Assembly: GCA_030141605.1 (NCBI GenBank)
Contig: JAQGDQ010000520.1
Coordinates: forward strand, 92,130-156,129
Origin: Tubiluchus corallicola
Lineage: Eukaryota; Animalia; Priapulida
DNA: 64,000 nt
Direction: 5' to 3'
The translations under genes and the position numbers were made by a program. The notes below the pieces were generated by a model, which was not told the origin of the DNA, ran no database searches, and was given only the letters and a program-made list of their open reading frames with translations. How positions within the stretch are numbered: the first letter of the stretch is position 1; each line of letters starts with the position of its first letter. Shown here piece after piece: positions 27,311-40,700 of this stretch.

Positions 27311-28824
27311 TCGCTCGACTAGGACTAGTAAACTATTTTTAAATGTTACATATTGTTACGTAAAAACTTTCAGCTTTTCAACATTGCTTTTTTTATTTTT
27401 CACTGAATTTCGCACAAATTCAAATGGATGATGCTGTACAATGGGCATTCACCTTTCTCTTTACATCACTTATTTGAGAAGCAAAAACAAAACATTTTAA
27501 ATTGTATCATTTGAAAAAGTTCTTATTATATTATATTACACACGCCTACTAAAAATTGCTTTATTATAATTCACTATTATGTTAGGTTTAGCGCTAGTCA
27601 TCCAGTTATTTATTTTTTACTGCACATGTCATCTGTTTGTACACATTTTTGGACAAAAATGAATCCATCGTTTCGGTGACGCTGAACTAAATTATTTTGA
27701 TGCATTGTCCAGTCCAGTTTTGTTTCCGGCTTGTTGACCTGTGCAGCGGGCCGGCTCACACCCTCCAAATAATGGACTTGCTTTACTGTCCCGCAACAAT
27801 ATCACAAGAATGTCAGAAATGTACAGTTCGTACACGAGTTGTATGAAGAATTGATTAGAGGGCCATAATAATAACGGCACCTCTGCTACTCCAAGCATAA
27901 TATCGAACTGTACTTATTATCTCTTGCTGAACTGTATCTGTACGGTACTTTCAATGTTTGTGAAATTAAATTTTTCTGTATTGTGCCTAGAATTTTGCTT
28001 TAACTGTGCAATGCAAAGCTTAAAAGTTTGGTATTTCAAAATTATTATCAGATATCATTCATCGTTCTCATCTCGAGGGTTGACGAACTTGTTAGGTCTT
28101 CGAAAATAATAAAGCAGGAGGGGCGTTACTCGTAGCGGTCACTTTTTCCAACATACAAATAATATTATTTATCCCTTGTAAAATTATTTTATATTGAAGA
28201 GTAAATGCTCTTACCGCGGTAGTATCCGACTATCCATGAGCTATCACTTTTGGATTCTCGCTTATTCGTGTAAGCCTTATACGCCTCAGCACCCACCCCT
28301 ACTCTATAATATAACTCCTCCCGTGAGTAATAATAATTTCACTTTCGTTATTACAGGTACAGCTACCTGAACGCTAAAAATCAGTAGTAAAGTTTGGGGT
28401 TGTAGAATCACATTCTGTAGTCACTAAAATTTATTCGTGTGGTAAATTAAAATTATACACAGTTTTCTTGTTTACCAAATCACAATCGTTCAGAGCTCAC
28501 TGCCATTCATAATCAATATTAGATTATATCTATAGGTCTATAATAGACATGGTCAATTTTTTGAGAGGAAGGACTACTTGTCCCACTAGAATGAATCACC
28601 CTACCGGAGCCCAAAAACAGTCTTGTTCCGCGTTCCAAAGTTATTCTTGGAGGAGGCCCTGACTGTGAGCAATAGTTCATGAATCACTGAATTTTGGTTT
28701 TTTCTTTTCTTCTTCACCTTAGGCTCATCCTAAGGTCAAATGTTTAATTTGTTCAATCATCTCTGTCTGGGCGTTCATTGAATGATACGGAGCGTAATAA
28801 ATTAGGTTCTTGTAAGTTTAATTT

Positions 28825-29203
28825 ACAGATAAATTTGGTCCTGGCAATTTTGGTACCAGGAAAATTTGCTACTAGGAATTTATGGTACAGGGATTTTTAC
28901 CACTGGAAAAAGTTGGTACAGGGGAAATGTCGTTCTGATAAATAGAGTACTGGCGGACGTTTGTTAAGCATTTTTTTGTACATCTAGTAGACTGGTACAA
29001 GGTAAAAATTGAGTACGGAGCAGGATTGTACAATGGTACAATGTTTTCTTTCTACCAACCATTCCTTGTAATAGATTTTCCTACTACTGAAAATTCCTTG
29101 TACCTAGTAAAGATCATACTACCAAATAATTTTGCCAGTACCAAACTTTCCTCGTACCAAACTTCCCAGTAACAAACTTACTTGCACCAAACCTTCCTAC
29201 ATT
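28825..29203. mobile_element. Foldback-like element: inverted arms made of about 16-bp tandem subrepeats
   Basis: Left arm units such as aaattttggtaccagg; right arm complementary units such as gtaccaaactttcct / taccaaacttccca. Confidence 0.55.
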
Positions 29204-30077
29204 CAGATGATACATATGTGATCCTGCTATTTCTTCAGCGCAGTACGCGTTAACGGTATCGTGCATTACCAATATTACACATTTCTATTCACCACTGCTC
29301 GATCTTCTGTCGAAACCTGCTTGTAGTGTATTAGGTTTGTCTGTTTTCCAAATTATTTTTATTGTAACTTAGCGAGGCGATGACGCATATCTTTCGTATG
29401 TAGGCGTGAGAAATGGAACGCATTTATCTTGAATGTTGTATTTGCTTGTGAAGTAACTTCAAGTGGTGGCTGGGTTTTTAAAACTGGCACCACTTGAAAG
29501 TTCACTGTGTTGTGTGTATGCCGTCCGCTTCTGCATTTCGAATCTCCTAACAAATGTTTCACCCTATTTATAGTGTATCCTTTTGTACCTCGTTTTTTCT
29601 AAAGGAATTTGCCAATTTCACCGGATTTACCTGCTGCGTTACACAATTTTTAGTGAAAATGTATTAGCGGTCCTAAATTTTGGCAAAATTTTAAAAAAAG
29701 CTGTGTGCCAATGCTAACTCAGACATTCCATTGCGTTTCTGTCAACATGTCCTTATTTTTTTCAAGACCTAAAAATTACATTGAGTTTATCTGTTATAAT
29801 TAAAGGTAAGGGCCTACGGATAATAGAACCTTAATTATAATTATTAATTTTTGTATTATGTTAATTTTAATACAAATTAATCATGTGACTATCTCGAGTC
29901 TCAAAGAATCATTACTTTAATAGGAAGGATGCTTAATAACCAAGCTTGACAAGTTGTACATTTTTTATGTTTAGATGGAGTGATTAGCCGAGTGGTCATA
30001 ATGGGTGCTTTGTGACAAATACTGAGGCTAGATACAGCAAGCTATTACACAGTCGAATTTTTTCTTGCAGAAATACC

Positions 30078-31726
30078 ATGAGTCAGTCACATCTGGGAAC
30101 TTACTCTCTTGCTAGCCAACAGGCGGCCCTGTTGGCGCGTACGAAGGAGGGCCATGCTGCTATGGGACTGTCTCTGGGAGGCGACGACCATGTGTGGATT
30201 CAGATACAAAAGAAGACATTTACAAACTGGGTAAATGAACAGTTACGGGAAACCGGACGGTCGATTAATGATCTGGAAACTGGATTCTGCAATGGGCTGA
30301 ACTTGATAGCCCTTGTGGAGGTTTTGCAGCAAAAGAATCTCTCAAGGGGCGTGGCCAAACGACCTTCAAACGACCATCAAAAACTAGGAAATATCAGTGT
30401 GGCATTAAATGCTTTAACAGATGATGGTGTGAAGTTGGTTAATATCGGTAAGTTGGAGTTAATATTAAAATATTCCCTTCTGGGCAAGACCACGCTTCCA
30501 ACAAACTGCTACAATAATGAATAGTGTAGTATGATGTACTATTTGCCAGAAAACAATGTGTTGAAAAATGAGCAAAACAAGTTATTAATTTTGCAGCAAA
30601 AGCATTAGTTAGTAAGCCTTCAAGTAAGTGTGCATCAGAATTAAAGTATTTGCCAGATTCACAGGAGCTGTGTCAGAGATGTATTGTTTGACATACAATT
30701 TAGGCATATAATTCCTTTTCACCATGTTGGGAGAGTGCCGTATACCTACTTGGAAATAATTGTGCACAGATTGTCTGGGAGTTTTGAGTTTGGGATATCC
30801 TTTCCCCAAAGCATTTATCATCTGGATACAAATTCAAAGTGTCGCCCGCTGTTTTGTACCAAGTTTCTTTGAAGAATTTTGCAAGGTTCCAAAGATTTAC
30901 CTGCAAAGACCTCCCGTACCCTAATCATCATCGTTCATTCAAAAAATTCTTCAGGCTTCTTTGGATGGTCTTCACTGTTCCACTTTGTGCTACTAAAAAT
31001 TTTTACTAGAACCAATCTGCGTGTGTAGACGTACATGTTTATATTAAAGCTCCACAAGTACTTGGGCCAACCAGCATGTGGTAAAAATGAAACAAAAAAT
31101 GGTGTTTTTCACTATAATTGTTTGCCTTTAGACTGTACTAATTTCTCATTGTTTGTCTGCTTTCTACAAAATTCATAATGAGCTTTCTTGATGCTATCTT
31201 TTTGATAGACATACAATTTATCTAATTTATGAGAAAGGAAAAACTACAGCTATGATAAAAACAGGTAAGAGCACCCAGTGGGTTGAGCTAGTTTATTATG
31301 TCCCTGTAGGGTAAAGGGCTAGACTCCTCGGTAAATTACTGTGGCTCTTTACAAATGATTTGAGGTTATGCCAATAACCTGTAGGGCGCTACAGCGTTAA
31401 ACGAAATAATTGATTTGTGTCGTATTGTAAACTGTTGTAGTAGGATTTAATTTTACAGAGCTAACAGTGGCACGCCCAGTAAGCGCTTGAAGTCAAGGTG
31501 AGATCCATTTTCTGCATGTTTACCTGAGCTAACAGTAGTTCGTTTGAGCGTGTAACCAAACGGCGTCTTTTTACGACGTACCAAATATGTACGCATCCAT
31601 AGACTGCAGCGGAGTGTGTTAGATCTAGGAAAATAAAAACTAGATCTGGATATAGTCGTTGAGAATTTTTTGATATTATAATGCACATTATCATGTGCCT
31701 ATAAATGTTTTATATATTATTGTTAT

Positions 31727-31790
<64 letters not shown>

Positions 31791-34700
31791 ACTATTATTA
31801 GAACGAATGATTTTGAAATGGGTTATTGCCTTATTAGTACAATAAGTAGGTTGGCTGAGATAGTACTGTTCTTTTCAGATTCTATTCTTTTTGGTATTTG
31901 AGTTTGATAAAGGTGATTAAAAAACTGGGCATGTATATATATATATATATCATCCTCACAAAGATTTAGAGTTAAAATCGGACTAGTCTACCTTTACCTC
32001 GTGAAGATAGGATTTGTACATGCAATAACTCCATGCAAGATGAACAACATGTTATAACTGCTTATGAATTGATTAGGTATATTCGCCGGAAGCATTAATT
32101 TAAATTTCACTAATACTGAAGAACTTTTCTCAATTTACTTTGTGGCAACTTTTTAGCGGACGCTTGAGATCTGTTTACGTAACTGTAAATACTTACATTA
32201 ATTATTTCTTGGCGAAATAGTTGTTGTTGTTGTAAGCTCTCAGGTAATTGCTAAAGTGAATATTGCTGTGCTGTTTACGTTGTACGATGAGATTTTCTTG
32301 GTCAGCTTTTTGACAAATCATTCTGCTGTAATTTATGCATGTTATAAGAACTTAACCCTTTGGGACCCTGTATGTTACAAGTGCGCTGACTTACGCAGCA
32401 GAAACTTGGTTAACGTCAGGCTTTGGAGCACTCGAGGCGCTACTGGGAGTAAAATATTCCTCACCAAACGAGTTGTGTTACATAGAAGCAGATATGCCTC
32501 TTTTAAAAAAATAATTTTGAAAAGGCGGAGATAACTGCTATAGAGAAGATGCCCAATATCAGTGAAGACGAGTCCCTATCGATTGCCTGGAATCTGATTA
32601 GTTTAACAAATTTAAACTCCTGTCGTTACAGAGCATTTATGTCTTACTCTAATTATATCCCAAATGATTTACGCGAGGTGATTAGAAGGAAGAGTTTAAC
32701 AAAAACACGTTTTCAAACTTATGTATCTCTCAATCCATTACTTAAACAGCACCAGGTATATACTACTAATATGGCTGATTCGCTGCATATCAATTTTAGC
32801 CGGTTTGTTTTATCTGCACATCACTTGAAAGTTGAAACAGGGAGATGGGTAAGACCCCCGGTAGCGCACTATAGAAGATCGTGTAACATTTGCGAAGATG
32901 AAGTACAAGATGAACAACACGTAGTAACAAGATGTAGAGTAACGAAAGGAATGCAAACAAAATACAATATGACTTTTAATAGTACACACGATCTGTTTAA
33001 TTTAGAGCCGGAAAGTAATTACAGATATACTAAATTTATTCCCATGACAATCTCGCTAGAATACTATTGTATAGTGTAAACGTAAGGATGTATGTAGAGT
33101 GAATATTTATTGTTATTATCATTATTTGTTGTGAAGTGTTTGCTGGACTAATGTCGATGATGGTGAAAATGAAGTTTAGATTTACATGATCAATCAGCTG
33201 AGTGACTGCAAAAATGAGTATGGCAGTATGGATATATAAGTCTTGTAGCATGTCATTTTAGTGGCAAATATACACGACATTTAATACCTATTATTAGGAT
33301 AATTAGCTCATTATTTCGAGACATATGCAATATTAACGTTGAGAATATAAAACTATATTGCACTAGGGTTTGTACGACGACATCGTTTTCCAGAAGACAT
33401 GTCCTTGTTTTGCCCTTAGGAATTATTTTTGCAGCTTGTTAGTTGCAGTAATCAAGGTCGCTGACTAAATGAAACTAAACCGTAAACCTGTAGGCCAAGA
33501 TCGCACTCAAGGTCCGCCAAACTCAGCTTTTATATTCAAACTATAGATGATGTATGACTTTGGCACGGCCCTCCAAAAGATGACGAACACGTACATATAC
33601 AAAAGCGTTAAATTATACATTCATTTATGTTATGCCACTAAAACAACCACATGCTGTAGTTTCCTATAATGTAGATGTTTAGTTGTTTCTATACATTTGT
33701 TTGGCAGGCTTTTGTTCAAAGAATAATCAAATACAGAAAGTTCTCGAGAGGCAGGCTTTAAATAACAGAAAACTGTAATACACATTTATTACATTCTAAT
33801 GCATTCTGCATGGAGAGGAAATACTTTTTCCTCCTTTATTGATCTTTTTTGATTAAACACGGATGCAGCAATTTATTTTTGTTGTGAAGACGAGGCTTCT
33901 TTTGGGCATTTTAGTCAACTTTTGTAAAAAGATTGTTTCATTTCTTCACTAAGAATTTTAAAAATTACGTAACAGTTTTGCACAAGTGACCGATGCCCAG
34001 ACATTATAGTTCTGTTTATCTTCGTACTTGTTAGTGCTTAACCAAACAGAATTTGTCATTTTATATCATTTTCAGTGTTATAGTTTGGGCCCATTCTGTG
34101 AATGAGGCCTAAGTAATCATTCCTGTGATGTGTTGTTGTTGTCGTGAACACAATCAAAAATTTGTGTTAACTCACAAACATGGAAGGACTAGAGTCACGA
34201 AACTTGCAGGATAGACACCTTGATTGCTGACTGCGATGTAGTGAATGATGGCCCCAGCCTTGTACCAAGCAAAACCTGTACAGTCAAAAACCGAAAGAGT
34301 CAAGAACACAGGATACAGACAATTAAGGCCATAACTAGAAAACTATATTAGGTACAGTCAGGAAACTCGGCAGGTTAGACATCCGAAATACTGGCTGAGA
34401 TAATGGCAAAAAACTGTAATTGTTTAAAGGCAGATAGGAACCAAATGGTTTTGAGGACTTCAATAATTCTAAAAGTATGGTATCTTAAGTCACAAAAAAT
34501 GCAGTATAGACACCAGAGGTAGGGCTTCAATGGTACTTTTAAAAAGCTGGGAATGTTTTATAGTGGATGGCCCAGGTGGGAATGTTTTATAGTGGAAGTT
34601 ATTAGTTCCCATCGCCCTGCTCATTACTTTTTCATTCATTATCAAACTGTGGTTGACCAGGCATACTAGCTTGATATACATTCACATGCTTCCAAGAATA

Positions 34701-37700
34701 TGGCCCAAGTGATCAGTTCTTTCAGGGATTGTCACTCGTGTTGCACATGAATGGGTCCAGACTATGTACAGTAGTCTTGTTTAGTCTTTGCAAAAATTAA
34801 AGATTTTTATGACATTTAATCTTCTTCAGGAAATACTGACATATTGGAAGGAAATCTCAAATTGATATTGGGTCTAGTATGGACGCTCATTCTCACATAC
34901 CAGATAGGCAAGTCAAAGAGCATGTTCCCACCAAAGAAATTGATGATGACTTGGATGCAAGAGGTGATCAAGGAGTGTCAAGTGACAAATTTCACCTCTG
35001 ACTGGAATGATGGAGTAGCATTGAGGTGAAATTTCAATAGCTTTTTCAGCTGCATTCAAATACCTTTTAAGGAAACAATTTTTATTTAGATTTGAGCATA
35101 ATGGTTTTGTGTATAGTGTTTTCTAAAGATGGTGGTGTCAGTTCGAAAACCTCTGACTTGTGTGCATGAAAGCTTGGTGTGAGTCTGACATAACCCATGT
35201 AAAATAATTATATATGTATGTATATATCTGTTATCATTACGAAAAAGAGTTTATAGTTCTTGCAATGGATGATAGATGCCATTTGTGAAGCTTGATCTCA
35301 TCTATTTATATAATAGAAATGCTGCTGATGGTGAAGTAACAGCAAGATGTTTGAATGACTGCATTGTAAATGTTGAAAAAATTGTATTTTATTGCAGAGA
35401 TATACAAAATTAAACAAAAAACTTAGTTATTCTCTTAGCTTTCCTAACTGTCTTTATGTTTATTATAATTTTCTTTGCTTTTCAGTGCTCTTGCAGATTA
35501 CTGCCGACCGGGTTTGTTTCCAAACTGGCGTCATCTCAACCGCAGCAATCGTTTGGCCAACTGCCAGAAGGCCATGCACACTTCCAAGGTGGAATTCAAC
35601 ATACCCATGGTCATCTCACCAGAAGACTTCTCCAGTGATTACCTGGACGAGCTGTCCAGCATGACATACCTGTCATATTTCATGAAGGAAGGCTCACCTG
35701 GTTACCAAGCAACTCTAAATTTTGCACGTGAGAAGATCCTCGACGTGCCAGTCAACAATTTTACGGTGATTCTTTTATGCCTGTTGTTATTTATTTTTTA
35801 TGGCAGAAAGAATTTATGATTCTTATACTAATGGATGTTAGAATGTTGCTTAAATTTATCCGTCGCAGAAATGCTGTTGGTGCTGATGTAACAGGAAGAG
35901 ATGTGGGTGGCTAAATTGTGAATGTAGTTAAGGGAATTATAGTTATTGCACCAATGAACATCGAAATTAAACCAAGAACTTGTCTGCTTAGCTTTACTAA
36001 TTTCAGTATGATTATTTCCTATTTCCTTTTCCTTGTTCTTCTTTGATAGGCTCCAAACAGTTTATATTCATATTCCATTGTGAGCATCATTTATGTACGT
36101 TCTTATTTGGTCAGTACTGTTTTGGCCAGACCGATTGGTTAGATTTTTAAATAAATCTATGCATGTATATCTATATTTTATTTCTTTCTGTATATCTGAA
36201 GAAACAAAGTATCCCTTGATTGGGTACGTATACATTTATAATATCTTGCAAAAGTGTGTCATCTTTTAGATGCGGGATCCAGTTGCCAACTCTTTATCCT
36301 GCTTTATCCTCCACAAGTGGTGTGTTTAGCTGGTAGCTTCAAAACAATTAAATTATTAAAAGTGTCCACTAAATTTTAAATGCAAAAACCTATTTGAGAA
36401 GTCCTGCCTGTGTAAGACCTTTTCCGCAACTCAAACCTAATGAAACAACATCAGATAAGACAGGCTGCCAATAGATCAGTAGCATCTGGACATCTCTTTC
36501 TACAACACACACATTGCTATGTGTCAGTGAATTGCAGTTATTCTTACCTAGAGAAAGTGTTGCTCATGGTTATCGTTCTACATACACAGCTTATTAGTTG
36601 CACAGTTTATGTAATAAATTGTGTTTTTAATGCAAATTTGCATGTTTGTCAGTGCTTTTTATGGCCCATTTAATTGTTTTTCAGACTGATTGGAATGATG
36701 GTAGGGCCCTATGTTCACTTGTCACAGCTCTCGGTGGGCAAGTGCCTGGCTATCTGAACCTCAATCGAATGGAAGGACAGTACAACAATCAGCTGGGCAT
36801 TGATGCTGGACGTCAGTTGGGTGTGGAACCAGTGATTTCAGCTAAGGCAATGGCTGACCCGGAAGTTGAACATCTTGGCATCATGGCTTATGTTGCTAAG
36901 TTTCAGAACACAAAGCCTCGCATGTCTGCTGCCGAAAGAGTTAGCATCTCCGGTGATGGTTTGAAAATTGCGCATGTTGGAAAAACAGTAAGTGGTGCTT
37001 TGCCTTGTCTATCTTCTTGTGTGATTATGATCTTTTATATTGTTTCGACATCCAGGATACAGGGAAAACAAACTGACCAGGGAAACAACTAAACAAACCC
37101 CTGGTGGCGAGGACCAGCATATATTCACAGATACTACTGAAATTGGGTTTCTTGTAAATAATGTTGCTATTCTATTTGTCGCATTAAATGTTATACAGGA
37201 TGCACCAGACGTCTGCAGTCATATGTAAATTTATTTCCAGAGTTGTAAAAGAAATTAAAATGCTAATAAATCTCAAAAAATTCTTTATTTTCTTCTTTTT
37301 TTCTTTAGAACCTTTCATCCTCTCGGGCTTCATCAGCTGATATCAATTAGATATAGCTAAGCTGTTTTAATTGATGTCAGCTGATGAGGTCCAAGAGGAC
37401 AACAGCTTCTGTAGAAAAAATAAAGAATTTTTTGAGATTTATGGGCATTTTAACTTCTTTTACAGTTATGGCCATGGCAAATCTCAAAAGAGCACTACCT
37501 TATTTTCAAGCCTGTTTCCAGAGTTATTAACATCTTGTAATAACATTTAATAGTCACTTTTATTTCAAGATGCCCAAAATGATCTGATCATTTTTCGCAA
37601 CAAACAGGTTCAATCGATGCTGGAGTCTTGTCACCGCATGGATAAGTCCAGACATTGATTCTGACTCAAATGCTCTATGCATCCCAACGCCGAGTGTTGT

Positions 37701-40700
37701 GAATAGTAATATGACTTCACCTTCCTGACACACCCTGTGCAGAAAACTGCATCTGTATTAAAATGAACCAAAATTTTTGGACGTTAAGACGATTAGAGAG
37801 CAAGAAACAAGAAATTTATCTGCAAATTAAAGTTCTTTAATAAACTAATCAAGCTAATCATTAATATTACTAATGGTACAATGATATTGTGGTAGGCTCA
37901 CTTTTACCTGGAATTTAAAGAAAAGAACGTTAAAGAGAATCAAATTCGAGCACAGGTCATAGGGCCAAATCAACCCATTCGTGTAAACTTAAGCTTAACC
38001 AGTCATGGAGGAAGTGCTACTTACATACCCATGGAAGCAGGCTATCACAAGGTAATTTTTAATAATTATTAATACATTTTTTTCTTAAAAAGATGCTGGA
38101 TGAAGTATTGATACTTTAGCGTAATAGCAAGAAAATGTGTTTGTGATAATAGGACCCAGAATGGCACTGAGAACCAAGTTCTACTGACCTAATTTTTTTC
38201 GTTTACGGGAAAATAAGGAATTTCTAATATGTACCTTTCTAATATTTTTTAACCATTAAATGCCTTAGAAATGATATTTTAAAACTGTGATAATATTACT
38301 TTAATCCATACCTCGCGCATCCATTAGCCTTGTTTAGAGCGATTTTTGTGTTGGAAAATGAGTGTTTGTGTTTTCGTAACGGTTTGCTGAAAAGAGAAGT
38401 GATAACAAATATATGCAGTGCACAATGATGTAGTTACACTTTTATTATACTGTTATTAAGTAGGTGTATAAAATATAAGCAGTGCACAATGATGTAGTTA
38501 CACTTTTATTATACTTTTATTAAGTAAGTGTACTATTATCAACATGTTCTGCTTGTTCTTTGCAGATTATTGTTTACTGCGATGATCAGATCATCAGTGA
38601 TTGCCCAGTTGACGTTAGAGTCCTTGCCGATGTGAACAAAGTCACTTGTATGGGTGCGGACAAGTGTGCTGTTGGAGCAACTGCCGAATTTGTGGTAAAA
38701 ATTAAAATTGGATGAATGTTTAAGTTTGGAATAACGTCAATTTTTGTGCTTTTAACAAAGCACATAATTTTAATCTGTGTTATAAGAATAGAGAAATAGT
38801 GAATGAAATAATATCGTTTTGTGACAAAAAACTAAAGTAAACTAAACTAAACCAATATCCTGTTGCCCCTGGGTTCATCGACTTCACGAACTAGGACCAG
38901 ACAACCATTGCTGCCTTAGTGTGGTCTACAAAACCCTTAAAGTTACAGGATCAGTCATATAAAAAAAACACAAACACATAAGATAAATTGATATGGGGGT
39001 GGACAGTATAGTGTGTAAATGAATAATTTTTATGTAAATGTAGTTTTTCACAAAATAGCACAACTAACTTACCTTGCTAGAAGATTGTCGAGTCCTGGGC
39101 ATATTATTTATAGGTTCATGAAAATGGTGCCGGTCAGGGCGAAGTGACCGTCGAAGCTCAATCACCGCTTGGATTTTTAATTCCTTGCCAAGTTACACCA
39201 CGTGGTCACAATACTTGGATTGCAAATTTTTCTCCTACCGAACCAGGTATAATTTAATTATTTCTAATCTTCATTTCAAAATTGCTATTAATGACAGTGG
39301 AATTCACAATTATTAAATTGTAATTAATTTAACCAAGTATAATATACGTGTTAATTATTTGTTTGTTATATTTATTGCAAGTATGTCATTTAATGGTAGG
39401 ACATCACAATTATTGTTTTGATTTTTTGCAATCAAACTGCAATGAAAGGAAGAAAATTGAACTCGGGGCCTTTGGATTACAAGTCATATTGCATGACTGC
39501 TAAGGAACTATCCCCCTTGTGACCAAAGCAGCTGTGATAGCTACTCGTGTATTTAGGCCATCTATGGTCTAATTTACTTACAAAAATTGAAATGTTGGAT
39601 TGATTCATAAGCTATTAACTGTGATTGAATTAAGGTCTGCTTTGATCACTAAGTGTGTGTATTGTTTGGCAGCATTATACTGTGTGATACAAAGATCTTG
39701 GTTGTAATTCAGGTTCACTTCTGGTTCTTTCATGAGGTTCTTTCAGTCATGTCTAGTTAAAAGACTTGTTAGTAATTAACCACCATTAGTAATGTTGAAT
39801 CATTAATAATCATTTAAATAATTTATGCCATAAATAAATAAAAAAATTTAAGTAGTTAGAAATTACTCTAGCGCGAGTATAGTATCACTTGGAAAATGTA
39901 GGATTGATTGATGAGATACTAAGTATTAATTAAGACCTACCATAATCGAAATGTTCCTTGTTCTGACTTTTTAGAATTTCCTTCTTTAGAACAAAATTTG
40001 ATGTGAAAAATTTAATAATTGTGTGTTTATTCTATTATTGCGCAATCATTTATACGGATAACAGTTAATCTTCTTTGAATGCGTGCAAAACAATAAAATT
40101 AAAGCGAGCACTTGTAGGCTTGCAAATATTTTTATCAATAAGAGGTGGAATAAATAAGTGAATATGGATAACCCGTCTCGTGGTAATGGTTTTACGTTTT
40201 TAGGTGAATGGAAGATTGCTGTGAAGTTCGATGGTCAAGAAGTTCGTGGAAGTCCTTTTCCATGTGATGCTTTTGATGCTTCCGGTGTTGTAATCAGTGG
40301 ACTTACAAGTAAGAATGTTTTTATTATTGTTTGGCATAAATTTTGTTCTTGATGTATCAGCCTGGTAATAAATTGCTCAGTTATCGTGAAGGTCTTTCTG
40401 GTTACTTTTTCGGGCAAAGTATTGCATTGTTTGCTGAAGAAAATTGATTGCAGATGCAAATTTTAGGTGGCATAGCTGGCACTCCAATGACTTTGGTTGC
40501 TGACACCTCATCGGCTGGTAAAGGAGAAATATCCTGCCAGGTATCTTACCAAGGTCGCAATATACCGGTACGGATTGAAACTAGGGGACCACACCACTAT
40601 GGACTTGTTTTTACTCCGCAAGGTGGAGGCCGGCACAAAGTCACAGTCTTTTATAATGGAAAAGAAATCATTGGTAAGAACAGCTACATTCATTATATAT

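Noticed and set aside
27094-29682. SRF CArG boxes upstream of filamin
   Set aside because: Candidates (CCATAAAAAGG, CCAAATAATGG, CCTAAATTTTGG) have 7-8 A/T rather than 6 and are expected by chance in AT-rich DNA.
30609-30990. Overlapping short ORFs in filamin intron 1 as a nested gene
   Set aside because: Frameshifted and without a recognisable domain or splice structure; probably a decayed TE that I cannot classify.
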